Positions 9,787 to 19,939 of a stretch of 64,000 nucleotides of DNA are shown here, in pieces. Made by a program: the position numbers and the translations under genes. Source of the DNA: Promethearchaeia archaeon. Lineage in GTDB: Archaea > Asgardarchaeota > Lokiarchaeia > Sigyniarchaeales > SOKP01. The stretch lies in NCBI GenBank assembly GCA_029856125.1, contig JAHQWJ010000062.1, forward strand, positions 64,001 through 128,000, given 5' to 3'. Below the pieces are notes generated by a model. It was not told the origin of the DNA and ran no database searches. It saw only the letters and a program-made list of their open reading frames with translations. Positions within the stretch are counted from its first letter, which is position 1; every line of letters begins with the position of its first letter.

Positions 9787-10185
9787 TTAAATTGTAGACA
9801 GTTTTTCCAAATCGGGAGTTGCATTTGAAACGGCCCAATCTAATAATTGATCGTAATAGGATTCAATTTCGTATGATTCGGGACTATTAGATAAAACTGC
9901 TAATATAAATTGCGTTTTTTGATCAGGCATAATAATATTTCTACATACAATATAATCTCCAATATATTTAATCTTCATACTCGATAGAAGAGACAAATTC
10001 ATTTCCTCAGAAGCTTTATATGCCGCATCGCTCAATAAGGAGCTCATGGCTGCAACAACCCGTTCATCAACATCCTCTGCTTTTTGGGAAGCTAAAACTA
10101 ATCCTGTTGAAGTAGAGAACAATGACGCTCTAAAATTTCCATTTTCATTTAATTCTTTAAGTACAAGTTCAAGTCGGCTAACCAC
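9787..10185 (-). CDS. Roadblock/LC7 domain protein
   Basis: LE.VLKEL...ASLFSTSTGLVLAS....DERVVAAMSSLL..A pattern. Confidence 0.8.
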   Translation of the reverse strand: MVSRLELVLKELNENGNFRASLFSTSTGLVLASQKAEDVDERVVAAMSSLLSDAAYKASEEMNLSLLSSMKIKYIGDYIVCRNIIMPDQKTQFILAVLSNSPESYEIESYYDQLLDWAVSNATPDLEKLSTI

Positions 10186-10275
10186 AGTTAATACTCCATT
10201 ATATTCTTTTATACTATTACTAACAAAAAAACCTTATTACAATATATTATGAACTATTTAATATTTAATTTTACT

Positions 10276-10800
10276 TTATCTTAAATTCAGATTTATAAGA
10301 AAAGTCGATAGAATATTATCATTATCGATCTTCAGGGTAATAACGCTTGGTCTCGCAATAGGTTTTTCAAAACCTTTTTTAGGAAGTGGGGCTATAGGTT
10401 TAGTTGGGCTCCCCGGATTGATTAATAACGTATTGTAGGGTGTTCCCTTAATAAGTGGTTGATGGGTATGCCCAAAAATAAGAATATGGATATTATTCTC
10501 CTTAATAAAAACTTCCGTATTCTCAGGTTTCTTGTGTACTATTCCGAGGGTGTATTCACCAACTTCAAAGTTTATAAAAGTCTCTAATCCAGGTATTTTA
10601 TCTGACTCTCCTCGTACGCATCGGACTGGAGCTATGTTTTCCAAATCGTTAAGAAAAAACGGTACACAAACATCTCCAGCATGAATTATTTCATCAACAT
10701 CTTCGAAAGTTTCTTTTAATTGATTCAATAATATATAATATAATTTGTTTTTATCATTAGTTGTAAAATGCGTGTCAGAAATGATTCCAAATTTAGCCAT
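10276..10800 (-). CDS. YfcE/Vps29-like metallophosphoesterase
   Basis: IISDTH, IIHAGD, VRG, GHTHQP and NPGSPT motifs. Confidence 0.85.
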   Translation of the reverse strand: MAKFGIISDTHFTTNDKNKLYYILLNQLKETFEDVDEIIHAGDVCVPFFLNDLENIAPVRCVRGESDKIPGLETFINFEVGEYTLGIVHKKPENTEVFIKENNIHILIFGHTHQPLIKGTPYNTLLINPGSPTKPIAPLPKKGFEKPIARPSVITLKIDNDNILSTFLINLNLR

Positions 10801-10817
10801 TTCTTTTTTAACACTCG

Positions 10818-11894
10818 CTATAAAATTATCATTCCAACCAAAAAAATTATTAAGCCAAATATAAAATCCATCATAATTCTAACAACAGTTTCTAACGAAT
10901 TTTCTCCGATACTTTCATCACGGGTAAAATAACTTGTAAACTCTTTCCAACCGATTGATAAACTCTCTTTAATTCGAGAAAATTGCCAAATAAAAAGTAC
11001 TAATCCTATTATCAATAAAGGAATGTAAATATAAACAGCCATATACGAAAAATCAATGCCGTGTAAATAGTGCCAAATCGTATGAGATGTTATAATGTTG
11101 TTAAAAGTATGGGCAAAAATTACGGGAAATATCCAACGTCTTCTTAAAACGATCATAGAAAGAACAATTCCTACTAAGAAAGTTTGTAAAAACCAAATAA
11201 TCGGATAAATTATTGGCAATCCGGCTGACGACGGGCTAAGTATATAAGCAAAGTGTCCCATACCAAAGAAAAAGGAAGTCATGATCACCGCAGACATTTT
11301 ATTAAAGTAATCACTTCCTCTATTAGTTAAAAAGCCTCTTGTTAATGATTCTTCATAAATCGAAACGCATAGAGGTATTATAATGATTGATATAAGAAAA
11401 ATTGAGTAATTCTCGTTAAAATAGGAATTTAAAGAATATTGTGCTGCGGGTTCTATTGCCGTGGAAGAAAAAGAAAGCATTTCAGGTATAAGATAAATAA
11501 AAAAATCTAATGGTATAAAAATTAAAAAAAGCAATAAAATACCGTATAAGAGCTGAAATTTAAAATTTTTTCTTGTAATTTTAAATAAATTAAGAAAATT
11601 TCTTGAAGGGCTAATGTCTTCATCTAAAATCAATGATTTTCTCTGTTTTTCCATTATAAAATTTGATAGATAAAGGAATATGGGTATAACAACGACCATA
11701 ATAGCAGCTCTCATTATGTTATATAATCGCTCATATGTTGCATCGTCTATAGCATTTACATCAAAAAGGAAAGGTAGTATAAAGGTTGGAATTAACATAA
11801 ATACAAAAATTCCTAAGAATATTATTAACGCTTCAAAAAGAAAATAAAATCTCTGTCTCATAATTGTTTTTAAAGGAGTTCTTGGTCTTCTCAT
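10818..11894 (-). CDS. CPBP (CAAX/Abi) family intramembrane glutamic protease
   Basis: Multiple TM segments; EESLTRG, FGMGH and AHTFNN motifs. Confidence 0.85.
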   Translation of the reverse strand: MRRPRTPLKTIMRQRFYFLFEALIIFLGIFVFMLIPTFILPFLFDVNAIDDATYERLYNIMRAAIMVVVIPIFLYLSNFIMEKQRKSLILDEDISPSRNFLNLFKITRKNFKFQLLYGILLLFLIFIPLDFFIYLIPEMLSFSSTAIEPAAQYSLNSYFNENYSIFLISIIIIPLCVSIYEESLTRGFLTNRGSDYFNKMSAVIMTSFFFGMGHFAYILSPSSAGLPIIYPIIWFLQTFLVGIVLSMIVLRRRWIFPVIFAHTFNNIITSHTIWHYLHGIDFSYMAVYIYIPLLIIGLVLFIWQFSRIKESLSIGWKEFTSYFTRDESIGENSLETVVRIMMDFIFGLIIFLVGMIIL

Positions 11895-11957
11895 GATTTA
11901 CCCAAATAACAAGTGTAATTAATAAAGGATAGTTTAATCGAAATATTATAAATTTTT

Positions 11958-12923
11958 TTATTTGTTGCTATTCCAAAAAAATTTTAGATGATCTCTATTT
12001 GGAATACCATTTCTTGCTCCAATTTTTTGAATACAGTTTCCAGCTAAGTAGTTACCAGTTTTTAAATAGGTTTTAAGGTGTTCAACATCAAAAATCATAC
12101 TTTGAACCAACCCATACATAAAACCAGCAGAAAATGCATCACCTGCCCCGGTAGTATCGATAACATTACTCAATTCAAGAGAAGGTATTAGTCCGTTTCC
12201 TTTTTTAGTAAGGAAAAATGATCCTTTATCACCAAGAGTAACTACAATTACCCGGATACCCAAGGATAATAATATTCTTGAATATTTGATAATAGATTCT
12301 TCATTTAAGTCGCTTTCTTTTATGTTTAAAAGGGTACGATATTCCCTCTGGGAAATAATCAGCACATCAATCTTTCCCAATAACTTCTTTAACTTTGTGA
12401 ACCCTAGATCGACGATTAACATGCCAGGATTTAAAATCACAGGGATATTGATACTTTTACCTATCTCCGCTGCAATTTGCAGCGGTTCAAGGTTTCTCAA
12501 ACTGCTTAAAAAGATTATTTTTGCATTTTTAAGTTCTTTTTCTGATATGTCTTTTTTTGAGAGATAATTAGCAGCACCACTATATGCGTATATTCTTCTT
12601 TCCCCTTTTTGATTTAAAGCCACATATGCAGATCCTGTTTTGTGATCTCGAGAATACTTAATTAATCTTGTATCTACAGAGACTTCTTTAAAATCGTTAA
12701 TTATTTTCTCGCCGAATGTATCTTTTTCCCCTAGTTTACCGATAAACGCCGTCGATAAGCCAATTTTTGCGCAAGCATAAGCAGTATTCGCCGCAGCCCC
12801 ACCAGATAATATTGATAAATCTGATACAAATACTTCGTCATCATCTAAGGGATGCCTTACTACTTGAGCTATTATGTCAACAAGTGCTGCCCCAATACAA
12901 ATTACATCGAAAATATTAACCAT
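11958..12923 (-). CDS. PfkB/ribokinase family carbohydrate kinase
   Basis: GGAAANTA, VTLGDKG and DTTGAGDAF motifs. Confidence 0.9.
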   Translation of the reverse strand: MVNIFDVICIGAALVDIIAQVVRHPLDDDEVFVSDLSILSGGAAANTAYACAKIGLSTAFIGKLGEKDTFGEKIINDFKEVSVDTRLIKYSRDHKTGSAYVALNQKGERRIYAYSGAANYLSKKDISEKELKNAKIIFLSSLRNLEPLQIAAEIGKSINIPVILNPGMLIVDLGFTKLKKLLGKIDVLIISQREYRTLLNIKESDLNEESIIKYSRILLSLGIRVIVVTLGDKGSFFLTKKGNGLIPSLELSNVIDTTGAGDAFSAGFMYGLVQSMIFDVEHLKTYLKTGNYLAGNCIQKIGARNGIPNRDHLKFFWNSNK

Positions 12924-12930
12924 TTCACCC

Positions 12931-14127
12931 CTAAATTATGTCTTTTTGATCATATTTGAAGGAGCCAAATTCAGATTTTATTTCTAGCAAGTTCTGGTGT
13001 TTTGAAGGTGAATTTTGGCAGTATCCAATAATTTTCGAGTCTACATTGTATTTTTTGCTGATTTTGATTATATCTTGAGCTGTAGTTTCATCACAATAAA
13101 TTTCCATCCGATGACCCATATTAAACACTTGAAACATCTCTTTCCATTGAGTTTCCGAAGAACTTTGAATAATTTCAAATATTTTTGGAATTTGAAACAA
13201 ATTGTTTTTGGTGTATTTAATTCCTTTACCGTAATTCAAAATTTTTGTTTGACCTCCTCCCGTGTTGTGGATTATTCCGTGAATTTCTTTCCGATGGGTT
13301 CTTAATATATCTAAAATTATTGGGGCATAAGTTCTAGTTGGAGATAAAAGCGCTTTTCCTATTGTTAGACTCGACCCTTTAATCTTGTCGGAAAGTAAGT
13401 GATTTCCGAAAAATACAAATTGTTCTTCAAGAGATTGGTCATAACACTCAGGATATTTCACGTAATATTCGTGCGATAGAACTCCGTGTCGAGCAAGCGT
13501 TAATCCGTTACTACCGATCCCGCTATTAAATTCTTCTTCATATGTTGCTTTTCCTGAGCTAGCTAAACCGATGATTACATCGTTATTGGAAATTTTGCTT
13601 AAATCGATGACATCTTTTTTCTTCAAACTAGTAAACGCTGATGCGTCGATTATAAGAGTTTTTACGACATCTCCTACATCAGCAGTTTCACCACCACAAA
13701 TTAGAGTATTTAAACCCAAGTCAGACAACTTCTTACTATAGGAATAATATTCTTGGATTATGGTACTAATAATCTCGCCATCAATATACCTGCTATTTCG
13801 ACCGATATTATTCGAAATGAAATAATCTCCTGTCGCCCCAACACAAAGCATATCGTCAATATTCATGACAATTGCGTCTTGTACAATTCCTTTAAAGACG
13901 GATATATCTTCAAGCTCTTTATAATACATATAAGCGAGGCTAGATTTAGTTCCCGCTCCATCGGAATGAAAAACTGAACAATAATCATCCCTTCTCCTCA
14001 CATCTTGAACGATTTTACAAAAAGATCCGGGATATAATCCTTTATCAATATTCTGTATTGCTTTATGGACGTCTTCTTTTTTAGAAGAAACACCTAATTG
14101 AGAATAAATATCTTTATGATCAGACAT
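12931..14127 (-). CDS. purM: Phosphoribosylformylglycinamidine cyclo-ligase (AIR synthase)
   Basis: DGAGTK, MNIDD, GGETADV, GIGSNGLT, LLSPTRTY and VFNMG motifs. Confidence 0.9.
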   Translation of the reverse strand: MSDHKDIYSQLGVSSKKEDVHKAIQNIDKGLYPGSFCKIVQDVRRRDDYCSVFHSDGAGTKSSLAYMYYKELEDISVFKGIVQDAIVMNIDDMLCVGATGDYFISNNIGRNSRYIDGEIISTIIQEYYSYSKKLSDLGLNTLICGGETADVGDVVKTLIIDASAFTSLKKKDVIDLSKISNNDVIIGLASSGKATYEEEFNSGIGSNGLTLARHGVLSHEYYVKYPECYDQSLEEQFVFFGNHLLSDKIKGSSLTIGKALLSPTRTYAPIILDILRTHRKEIHGIIHNTGGGQTKILNYGKGIKYTKNNLFQIPKIFEIIQSSSETQWKEMFQVFNMGHRMEIYCDETTAQDIIKISKKYNVDSKIIGYCQNSPSKHQNLLEIKSEFGSFKYDQKDII

Positions 14128-14129
14128 TT

Positions 14130-15488
14130 TTATAACGCGTATTTATTTTTAAGAACATTTAGAATATTTTCTGTTTGTTCAAGAGCCTTCCCTATGTATT
14201 TGTGAGGATCTAATAAATCATCGATCTCGTTTTTAGAAAGGACTTCTTGAATTTTTTGATTTTTATACAGAATTTCTTTAATTAATATATTTTCTTTTTT
14301 TGCTTTAATAGCTGCCTTCCTTAAAATTTCGTGTCCTTCTTGCCTACCGATACCTTTTTTAACCAGATTAACCATAACTTTTTCGGAAAGACTCGCTCCT
14401 TTAGTAAGATTTAAATTTTCTTCTATTTTAAATTCGTCAAATTCGACCCCTAGGACAATATCAGTTAATTGATTTATCATAAAATCTAAAAGTATGAAAT
14501 TCTCTGAGAAAATTATTCTTTCATTAGCAGAATTCGTTAAATCTCTCTCATCTTCTAAAATTATATTATCTAAAGCGGGAATTACATTAGACTTCAACAA
14601 TCGGGCTAAACTACAAATCCTCTCAGATTTATGAGGGTTTCTTTTGTGGGGCATTGTTGAACTACCAACTTGACTCTTCTTAAAAGGTTCAAACATTTCA
14701 GCTATTTCATTCCTTTGAAGTACTCTAATTTGCCTTGAAAACTTAGCAAGAGATTGCCCTATCAATGTTGTTATAAAAATCACCTCAGCGTGACGATCTC
14801 TTTGAATTATTTGGTTTGCTATTAATGCCGGATGTAAATCAAGCTCTTTCGTTACTATATTTTGTATTTCAATACCTTTCTCTCCAAAGCTTGCCATCGT
14901 TCCCACTGCCCCAGACATTTTACCGAACGCGATCCGATTAAGCGTTTCTTTTAATCTATCTATATGTCTATCTATTTCATATGCCCATACACCAAATCTC
15001 ATCCCATATGTTGTAGGAATAGCATGCTGTCCGTGAGTTCTTCCTATACAAACGAGGTTTTTCTTATCATCAATTACTTTGATTAAGGCTATAATTAGTT
15101 TCTTTAAAGATTTTATAATATGCGAGATCGCTTCTTTTAATTGAAGTGCTGTTGCTGTGTCTTCAATATCATAACTAGTTGCTCCTAAATGTGTATATTT
15201 TCCGGCGTCTCCCTCACATTGTTCAGATAAAGCTTTAACCATAGCCATTAAATCATGATGTATTTCTCTATCTATTTCTTTTACACGATTTAATTTTACA
15301 TAATCTAAATTAGCTTTTTTAGATATCTCATCTGCTGCTTCTTGAGGAATGTTCCCTAGTTTAGCGTGAGCTTTAGCTAATACAGCTTCAACTTTTAACC
15401 AGTTGGCTAATTTTTTATCTTCTGTAAAAATGTCGGCTATTTCAGTTCGGTAACGGGTTTCAACGGGATTGATAAATTTATGATCCAT
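14130..15488 (-). CDS. purB: Adenylosuccinate lyase
   Basis: HLGATSYDI, GRTHGQHA.PTT and GSSTMPHKRNP motifs. Confidence 0.95.
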   Translation of the reverse strand: MDHKFINPVETRYRTEIADIFTEDKKLANWLKVEAVLAKAHAKLGNIPQEAADEISKKANLDYVKLNRVKEIDREIHHDLMAMVKALSEQCEGDAGKYTHLGATSYDIEDTATALQLKEAISHIIKSLKKLIIALIKVIDDKKNLVCIGRTHGQHAIPTTYGMRFGVWAYEIDRHIDRLKETLNRIAFGKMSGAVGTMASFGEKGIEIQNIVTKELDLHPALIANQIIQRDRHAEVIFITTLIGQSLAKFSRQIRVLQRNEIAEMFEPFKKSQVGSSTMPHKRNPHKSERICSLARLLKSNVIPALDNIILEDERDLTNSANERIIFSENFILLDFMINQLTDIVLGVEFDEFKIEENLNLTKGASLSEKVMVNLVKKGIGRQEGHEILRKAAIKAKKENILIKEILYKNQKIQEVLSKNEIDDLLDPHKYIGKALEQTENILNVLKNKYAL

Positions 15489-15635
15489 AGCTACTTAACT
15501 CTTTTATAATCTCTATAATTGAAATAATCTATGATCAATTATTATTCTTTTTTTAAATTGTTATTAAAAAGCAAATATTCCAGTAAAAATATCCCAATGG
15601 CTCTATTGTAGAAAGAGAAGTATTAAAAATAGATT

Positions 15636-16364
15636 TTAATTCTGATGACCTGTGCGCCTAGCGGCGATTTGACCAACCTTTCGACCTGGAGGAGCATTTC
15701 TAGAAGTTGTTGTTGGTTTATGAGGTGACTGCTTTGCGCCCCCGCCATAAGGATGACTTGCGGCATTCATAGTAACTCCTCGTACGACCGGCCATTTTTT
15801 TGCTTTAGAGCGGTAAGCGTGGTGTGCGTTTCCTGCTTTCAGAAAAGGTTTATCTATTCTACCTCCACCTGCAACTACTCCTACGGTGCAAAGGCAATTT
15901 TCATTAAACCATTTTGTTTTTTTTGACCGAAATAGTACTTCAATATTTTTTCCAGATTTGTTTCGAACGATAGCAGAAACTCCGGATGCTCTTGCGAATT
16001 TACCTCCATCTTGTGGAGTACCTTCGATGTTAAATACAAGCGTTCCTATTGGCATTTTTTTAATTGGTAGGATATTTCCGACTGATACTTCTTGCCCGTA
16101 TCCCGTTTTTGATTGGAAAAATTCTTGTCCTTCATATATTCCTTCTGGAGGTAACCATAAACTTTTTTCCCCATCTTCGTACCTAATTCTAGCTACTGGG
16201 GCTCCTCTACCTGGAGCGTGGAGGAAATCAATCACTTTAAATTTTAACAATTTTTCATTTTTCTTGAAGGGACGATATTTTACCTTTCCTACATGTCGAT
16301 GACTTGGAGATCGAGCCCATAAATGGCCGTATCCTTTTCTTTGAGCTAATATACGCTTTCCCAT
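15636..16364 (-). CDS. rpl2: 50S ribosomal protein uL2
   Basis: MGKRILAQRKG, PGRGAP, GGKFARASG, WP.VRGV.MNA..HP.GGG and PPGRKVG.IAARRTG motifs. Confidence 0.97.
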   Translation of the reverse strand: MGKRILAQRKGYGHLWARSPSHRHVGKVKYRPFKKNEKLLKFKVIDFLHAPGRGAPVARIRYEDGEKSLWLPPEGIYEGQEFFQSKTGYGQEVSVGNILPIKKMPIGTLVFNIEGTPQDGGKFARASGVSAIVRNKSGKNIEVLFRSKKTKWFNENCLCTVGVVAGGGRIDKPFLKAGNAHHAYRSKAKKWPVVRGVTMNAASHPYGGGAKQSPHKPTTTSRNAPPGRKVGQIAARRTGHQN

Positions 16365-16460
16365 AAAGATCACTTACTATATCGAATTAGTAATATCTAA
16401 TTAATAAAAGTTTAAATTTTTTATTATTTTGCATAGCAATTATAGATTTGTGAGAAAAAA

Positions 16461-17831
16461 TTATTGTTTTTTTACAAAGGTTTTACTCTTTAATAGTCTA
16501 TCAATGTTGTAATTAAAAGCGATTGGTAGTTCCCGATCTATAAACTCTCCAGCGATATTTGTTAATAGTAGATTTTTAATTTCATTTGGATCTTGTGTTT
16601 GGCCAAGAACCCAACCAAGTTTAACGTAACCGACTTCTGGTAAAATATTCTTTCCAGGAATAACACCAAGATTTTGTAATTCTCTACCAGTGGAATATAC
16701 ATCCATTCCAACGAACCCATGTAAGGTTTGAGTGGTCATTAATATAGTAATTCCTTCTTGGATTGCTCTTTTAATAGATTCATAAATATATGTGCTAGTG
16801 TGACCAAGTCCTGTCCCTGCAAATACTATCCCTTTATAGCCATTATCGATATAAAAATCAATTAATTCACTTTCCATGCCAGGGTAAGAGTAGACTAATG
16901 CGATCTTCTTCTCAAATTTTGTCTTTAATATAATTTCTCGATTTGATCTCTTCTTATAATCTGAACTAAACATCTTAATTTTTCTGTTTTTGATCATGCC
17001 TAATGGAACTTGATCAATAGTACGGAATGCCTCTCTTACTGATGAATGCATTTTTCTGACGAGTGTACCCCTATGGATTAACCCATAATCATGTGAAGAG
17101 GATCCTAACATTGTGACCAAAACTTCCGAAATATCTGAACTTGCTACAACAGCAGCGTTGATCAAATTAAGAGCGGCATCAGAGGATGGTCGATCAGAGC
17201 TTCTTTGACTTCCTGTAATCACTACAGGAATAGACAAATTCTCAAGCATGAAAGCTAAAGCAGCACTTGTAAAGCTCATTGTGTCGGTTCCGTGTCCTAT
17301 TAATATTCCGTCGATTCCAGCATCTGCTGCGCTTTTAACCTTTTCTGCTAGTTCTTGCCAATATTCTGGTTTCATGTTTTCCGATAAAATCTCAAAAGCA
17401 GTCTCACATTCAAGGTTACATATCTCTGCTAGTTCTGGGACAGAACTAAACAATTCTCCAGGAGTGAAAGAGGGGATAACCGCACCGGTAGTATAATCTA
17501 GCCTTGATGCCACTGTTCCTCCTGTACCCAGAAGTTTGATGTTTGGTAAATTTTTATTTTTTGGGAATTTTTTTTCTGGAATTTTATAGATTGCCTCTTT
17601 TTTACCAGTTTTTTTAATCTCTATTACATCGTTTAAATTAATACCTAAATTATAATTGTTTTTTAACTTAATTTCAATAAAATTAGGAGCAGAATACTCA
17701 TTTCTAGGTAAAATTATCCCTTGTAAAGTGGTTTTTTTTGTTTTTAATTCGACGACATCCCAAATTTGAATATTATTCTTTTCTAGGTATTCTCTTGCTT
17801 TTTCTTTGTATCCTTTTAACGAATCACTCAT
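16461..17831 (-). CDS. gatD: Glu-tRNA(Gln) amidotransferase subunit D
   Basis: TGGTVASRLDY.TG, HGTDTM, GSQRSSDRPSSD and RKMHSS.R motifs. Confidence 0.95.
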   Translation of the reverse strand: MSDSLKGYKEKAREYLEKNNIQIWDVVELKTKKTTLQGIILPRNEYSAPNFIEIKLKNNYNLGINLNDVIEIKKTGKKEAIYKIPEKKFPKNKNLPNIKLLGTGGTVASRLDYTTGAVIPSFTPGELFSSVPELAEICNLECETAFEILSENMKPEYWQELAEKVKSAADAGIDGILIGHGTDTMSFTSAALAFMLENLSIPVVITGSQRSSDRPSSDAALNLINAAVVASSDISEVLVTMLGSSSHDYGLIHRGTLVRKMHSSVREAFRTIDQVPLGMIKNRKIKMFSSDYKKRSNREIILKTKFEKKIALVYSYPGMESELIDFYIDNGYKGIVFAGTGLGHTSTYIYESIKRAIQEGITILMTTQTLHGFVGMDVYSTGRELQNLGVIPGKNILPEVGYVKLGWVLGQTQDPNEIKNLLLTNIAGEFIDRELPIAFNYNIDRLLKSKTFVKKQ

Positions 17832-19751
17832 TTACTTCAACTCCTTTAATTTTAAACTTAATTTATTCTTCATTTCTCTTGAAATTATTGCTCCATCGAT
17901 TTTCCCCCTCACTTTTTTCATCACTTCTCCCATGAGAGGTCCAATTGCCCTCATACCTTTTTGTTTAACAATTTCGATGTTGGTATCTATTACATCATCG
18001 ATTATTTTTGATAATTCTTCCAAACTTATACTTTCAAGCTTTAATCGTTCTTTTATTTCGATAATTGTAAGTTCGGGAAGATCAGCTTTCATTATCATAA
18101 TTTCTTCTATCGCTTCTTTACTAATCTCTTTATTTTTTAAATACATGAAAATCTCTTCGAAATCAGATTCCTTAATATTACCGATATCTTTGCCTTCACG
18201 TCGAAGAGCTGTAGTAGTATTTAGAATCTTGTTTATTATTATAGATGGATTATCTGAATAAATTTTGATTAATTTTTTGAAGAGATTTAATTTTCCAGTG
18301 AAAAACAACTGTTTTACCGATGATTCTTCTATATGATAAGAGTTAGCATATTCTTCTATTACATTCCACGGATAATCGGGTAAATTTTCTTTAATCTCGT
18401 TAATATCGTTAATATCGTTCATAATTGCCCTTGAGTCTGTGTCAGGATACAACCTTGCACCACCATGTAATTCTCTTAAAAATTCAGTATTGCCATTTTC
18501 TAAAGCTCTCCTAGTTTCTGGAGGAACTCCTTTGAATGCTTGCTTCACTCTTTCAACTACAGTGGTCATTGCTTTAGAAACTTCTTCTTCTGTTCCTAAA
18601 ACTAAAATGAAACAATCATTTTCCTTTGAATTAAGCTTAGATTTTATTATTTTAACATCCTTATCGGAAAAATTATATTTTGTAAGATCTTCATCAGAAT
18701 GAATTATTCCATTTAATCCAGTTAAAGATTTAACTTTACTACTTACTTCTGTTCCAAATCGATAATCTGTAATTAAGAGTTTTCCAAAAATGTCTTTAAA
18801 TCCTGTTAAATTTATACCGTAAAGCTTCTTACCGGAGGATATTTCTTTAGACGCGAAATTAGAACTGGTATCTGAGAAAGATTCTGTCAAATCTGAATGT
18901 TTATTATGTACATCTCGTTCAGTTAATTTTCTTCTTTCTAATTCTTCTTTAACATTCAGAAGTCCAATTTGACGCGATATCTCGTGATTTATAAGGGGTT
19001 TTATCCAATCTAACTTCTGAACGCCTTTAATTTCAATTCTCGTCCCTTTTTTTATACTGACATTGATATCTTGTCGAATTGAACCGAGTACTTTCTTCAC
19101 ATTTGTAGACCATAATAATAATCCTAAACGCTCAGCACAGTCTCTACATTCCTCAGGATTATTTATATCGGGCTTAGTTGTGATCTCAACTAAAGGAATT
19201 CCCAACCTATCTAAGCGGAAATAATTAGTTCTATCAAAAGTTTTTATTTTCCTTGCTGAATCTTCTTCTAAGCTTAAAATCTCTATTCTCACTTTCTTTC
19301 CAGTTTTTAACGTAACAAAACCGTCTGTTCCAAGGATCATTGTTCTTTGAAACCCAGAAGGGACGCTTCCATCGAGATAATTCTTCCTGCAGACATGCAT
19401 TTCTTCGATAATATTGGAATTTAAAAGCAAAGCAATTTTTAAAGCGATTTTTCTCGCCTCACTATTACATAAAAAAGGAGGAGTTTCGTCTAATTCATAG
19501 GTACAAATCTCATCATTATAACATTCGTATTCTATATTTATGTTCTTCTCATATTCAGTAAGCATTGCTTTATCAAAGGTTCCCATCTCACCTAAAACTG
19601 GTCTCATTAATCGTTTTAGGGTAAAATCAGGGGGTTTTTTACCCAGAAGTTTACTTGGGCATCTACAAAATAGTTTCTTCTTAGTATTCAGTTGTTGATG
19701 GATTTCCAAACCGCACTTCATTCCTAATTCTTCATAATCAAAATCGTACAT
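17832..19751 (-). CDS. gatE: Glu-tRNA(Gln) amidotransferase subunit E
   Basis: GLEIHQQL, LEEDSAR, RLDRLGIPL.EI, IRQDIN.SI and EIKGVQ motifs. Confidence 0.95.
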   Translation of the reverse strand: MYDFDYEELGMKCGLEIHQQLNTKKKLFCRCPSKLLGKKPPDFTLKRLMRPVLGEMGTFDKAMLTEYEKNINIEYECYNDEICTYELDETPPFLCNSEARKIALKIALLLNSNIIEEMHVCRKNYLDGSVPSGFQRTMILGTDGFVTLKTGKKVRIEILSLEEDSARKIKTFDRTNYFRLDRLGIPLVEITTKPDINNPEECRDCAERLGLLLWSTNVKKVLGSIRQDINVSIKKGTRIEIKGVQKLDWIKPLINHEISRQIGLLNVKEELERRKLTERDVHNKHSDLTESFSDTSSNFASKEISSGKKLYGINLTGFKDIFGKLLITDYRFGTEVSSKVKSLTGLNGIIHSDEDLTKYNFSDKDVKIIKSKLNSKENDCFILVLGTEEEVSKAMTTVVERVKQAFKGVPPETRRALENGNTEFLRELHGGARLYPDTDSRAIMNDINDINEIKENLPDYPWNVIEEYANSYHIEESSVKQLFFTGKLNLFKKLIKIYSDNPSIIINKILNTTTALRREGKDIGNIKESDFEEIFMYLKNKEISKEAIEEIMIMKADLPELTIIEIKERLKLESISLEELSKIIDDVIDTNIEIVKQKGMRAIGPLMGEVMKKVRGKIDGAIISREMKNKLSLKLKELK

Positions 19752-19939
19752 ATTAGATCATTTGAGATTTATATCGTTCTACTATGAACTGTTTAATTCA
19801 TTTTATAATTTTAATATATTGTATGGAAAATCTAAAATTTAGTTCATTTAGATAGGAAATTAGACTTATTTTTATTGTCCTTATATTTCCGATAAATTGC
19901 ATATTTGCTATAGTAAGACTTAAGTTCAAGAGGGTTGTG

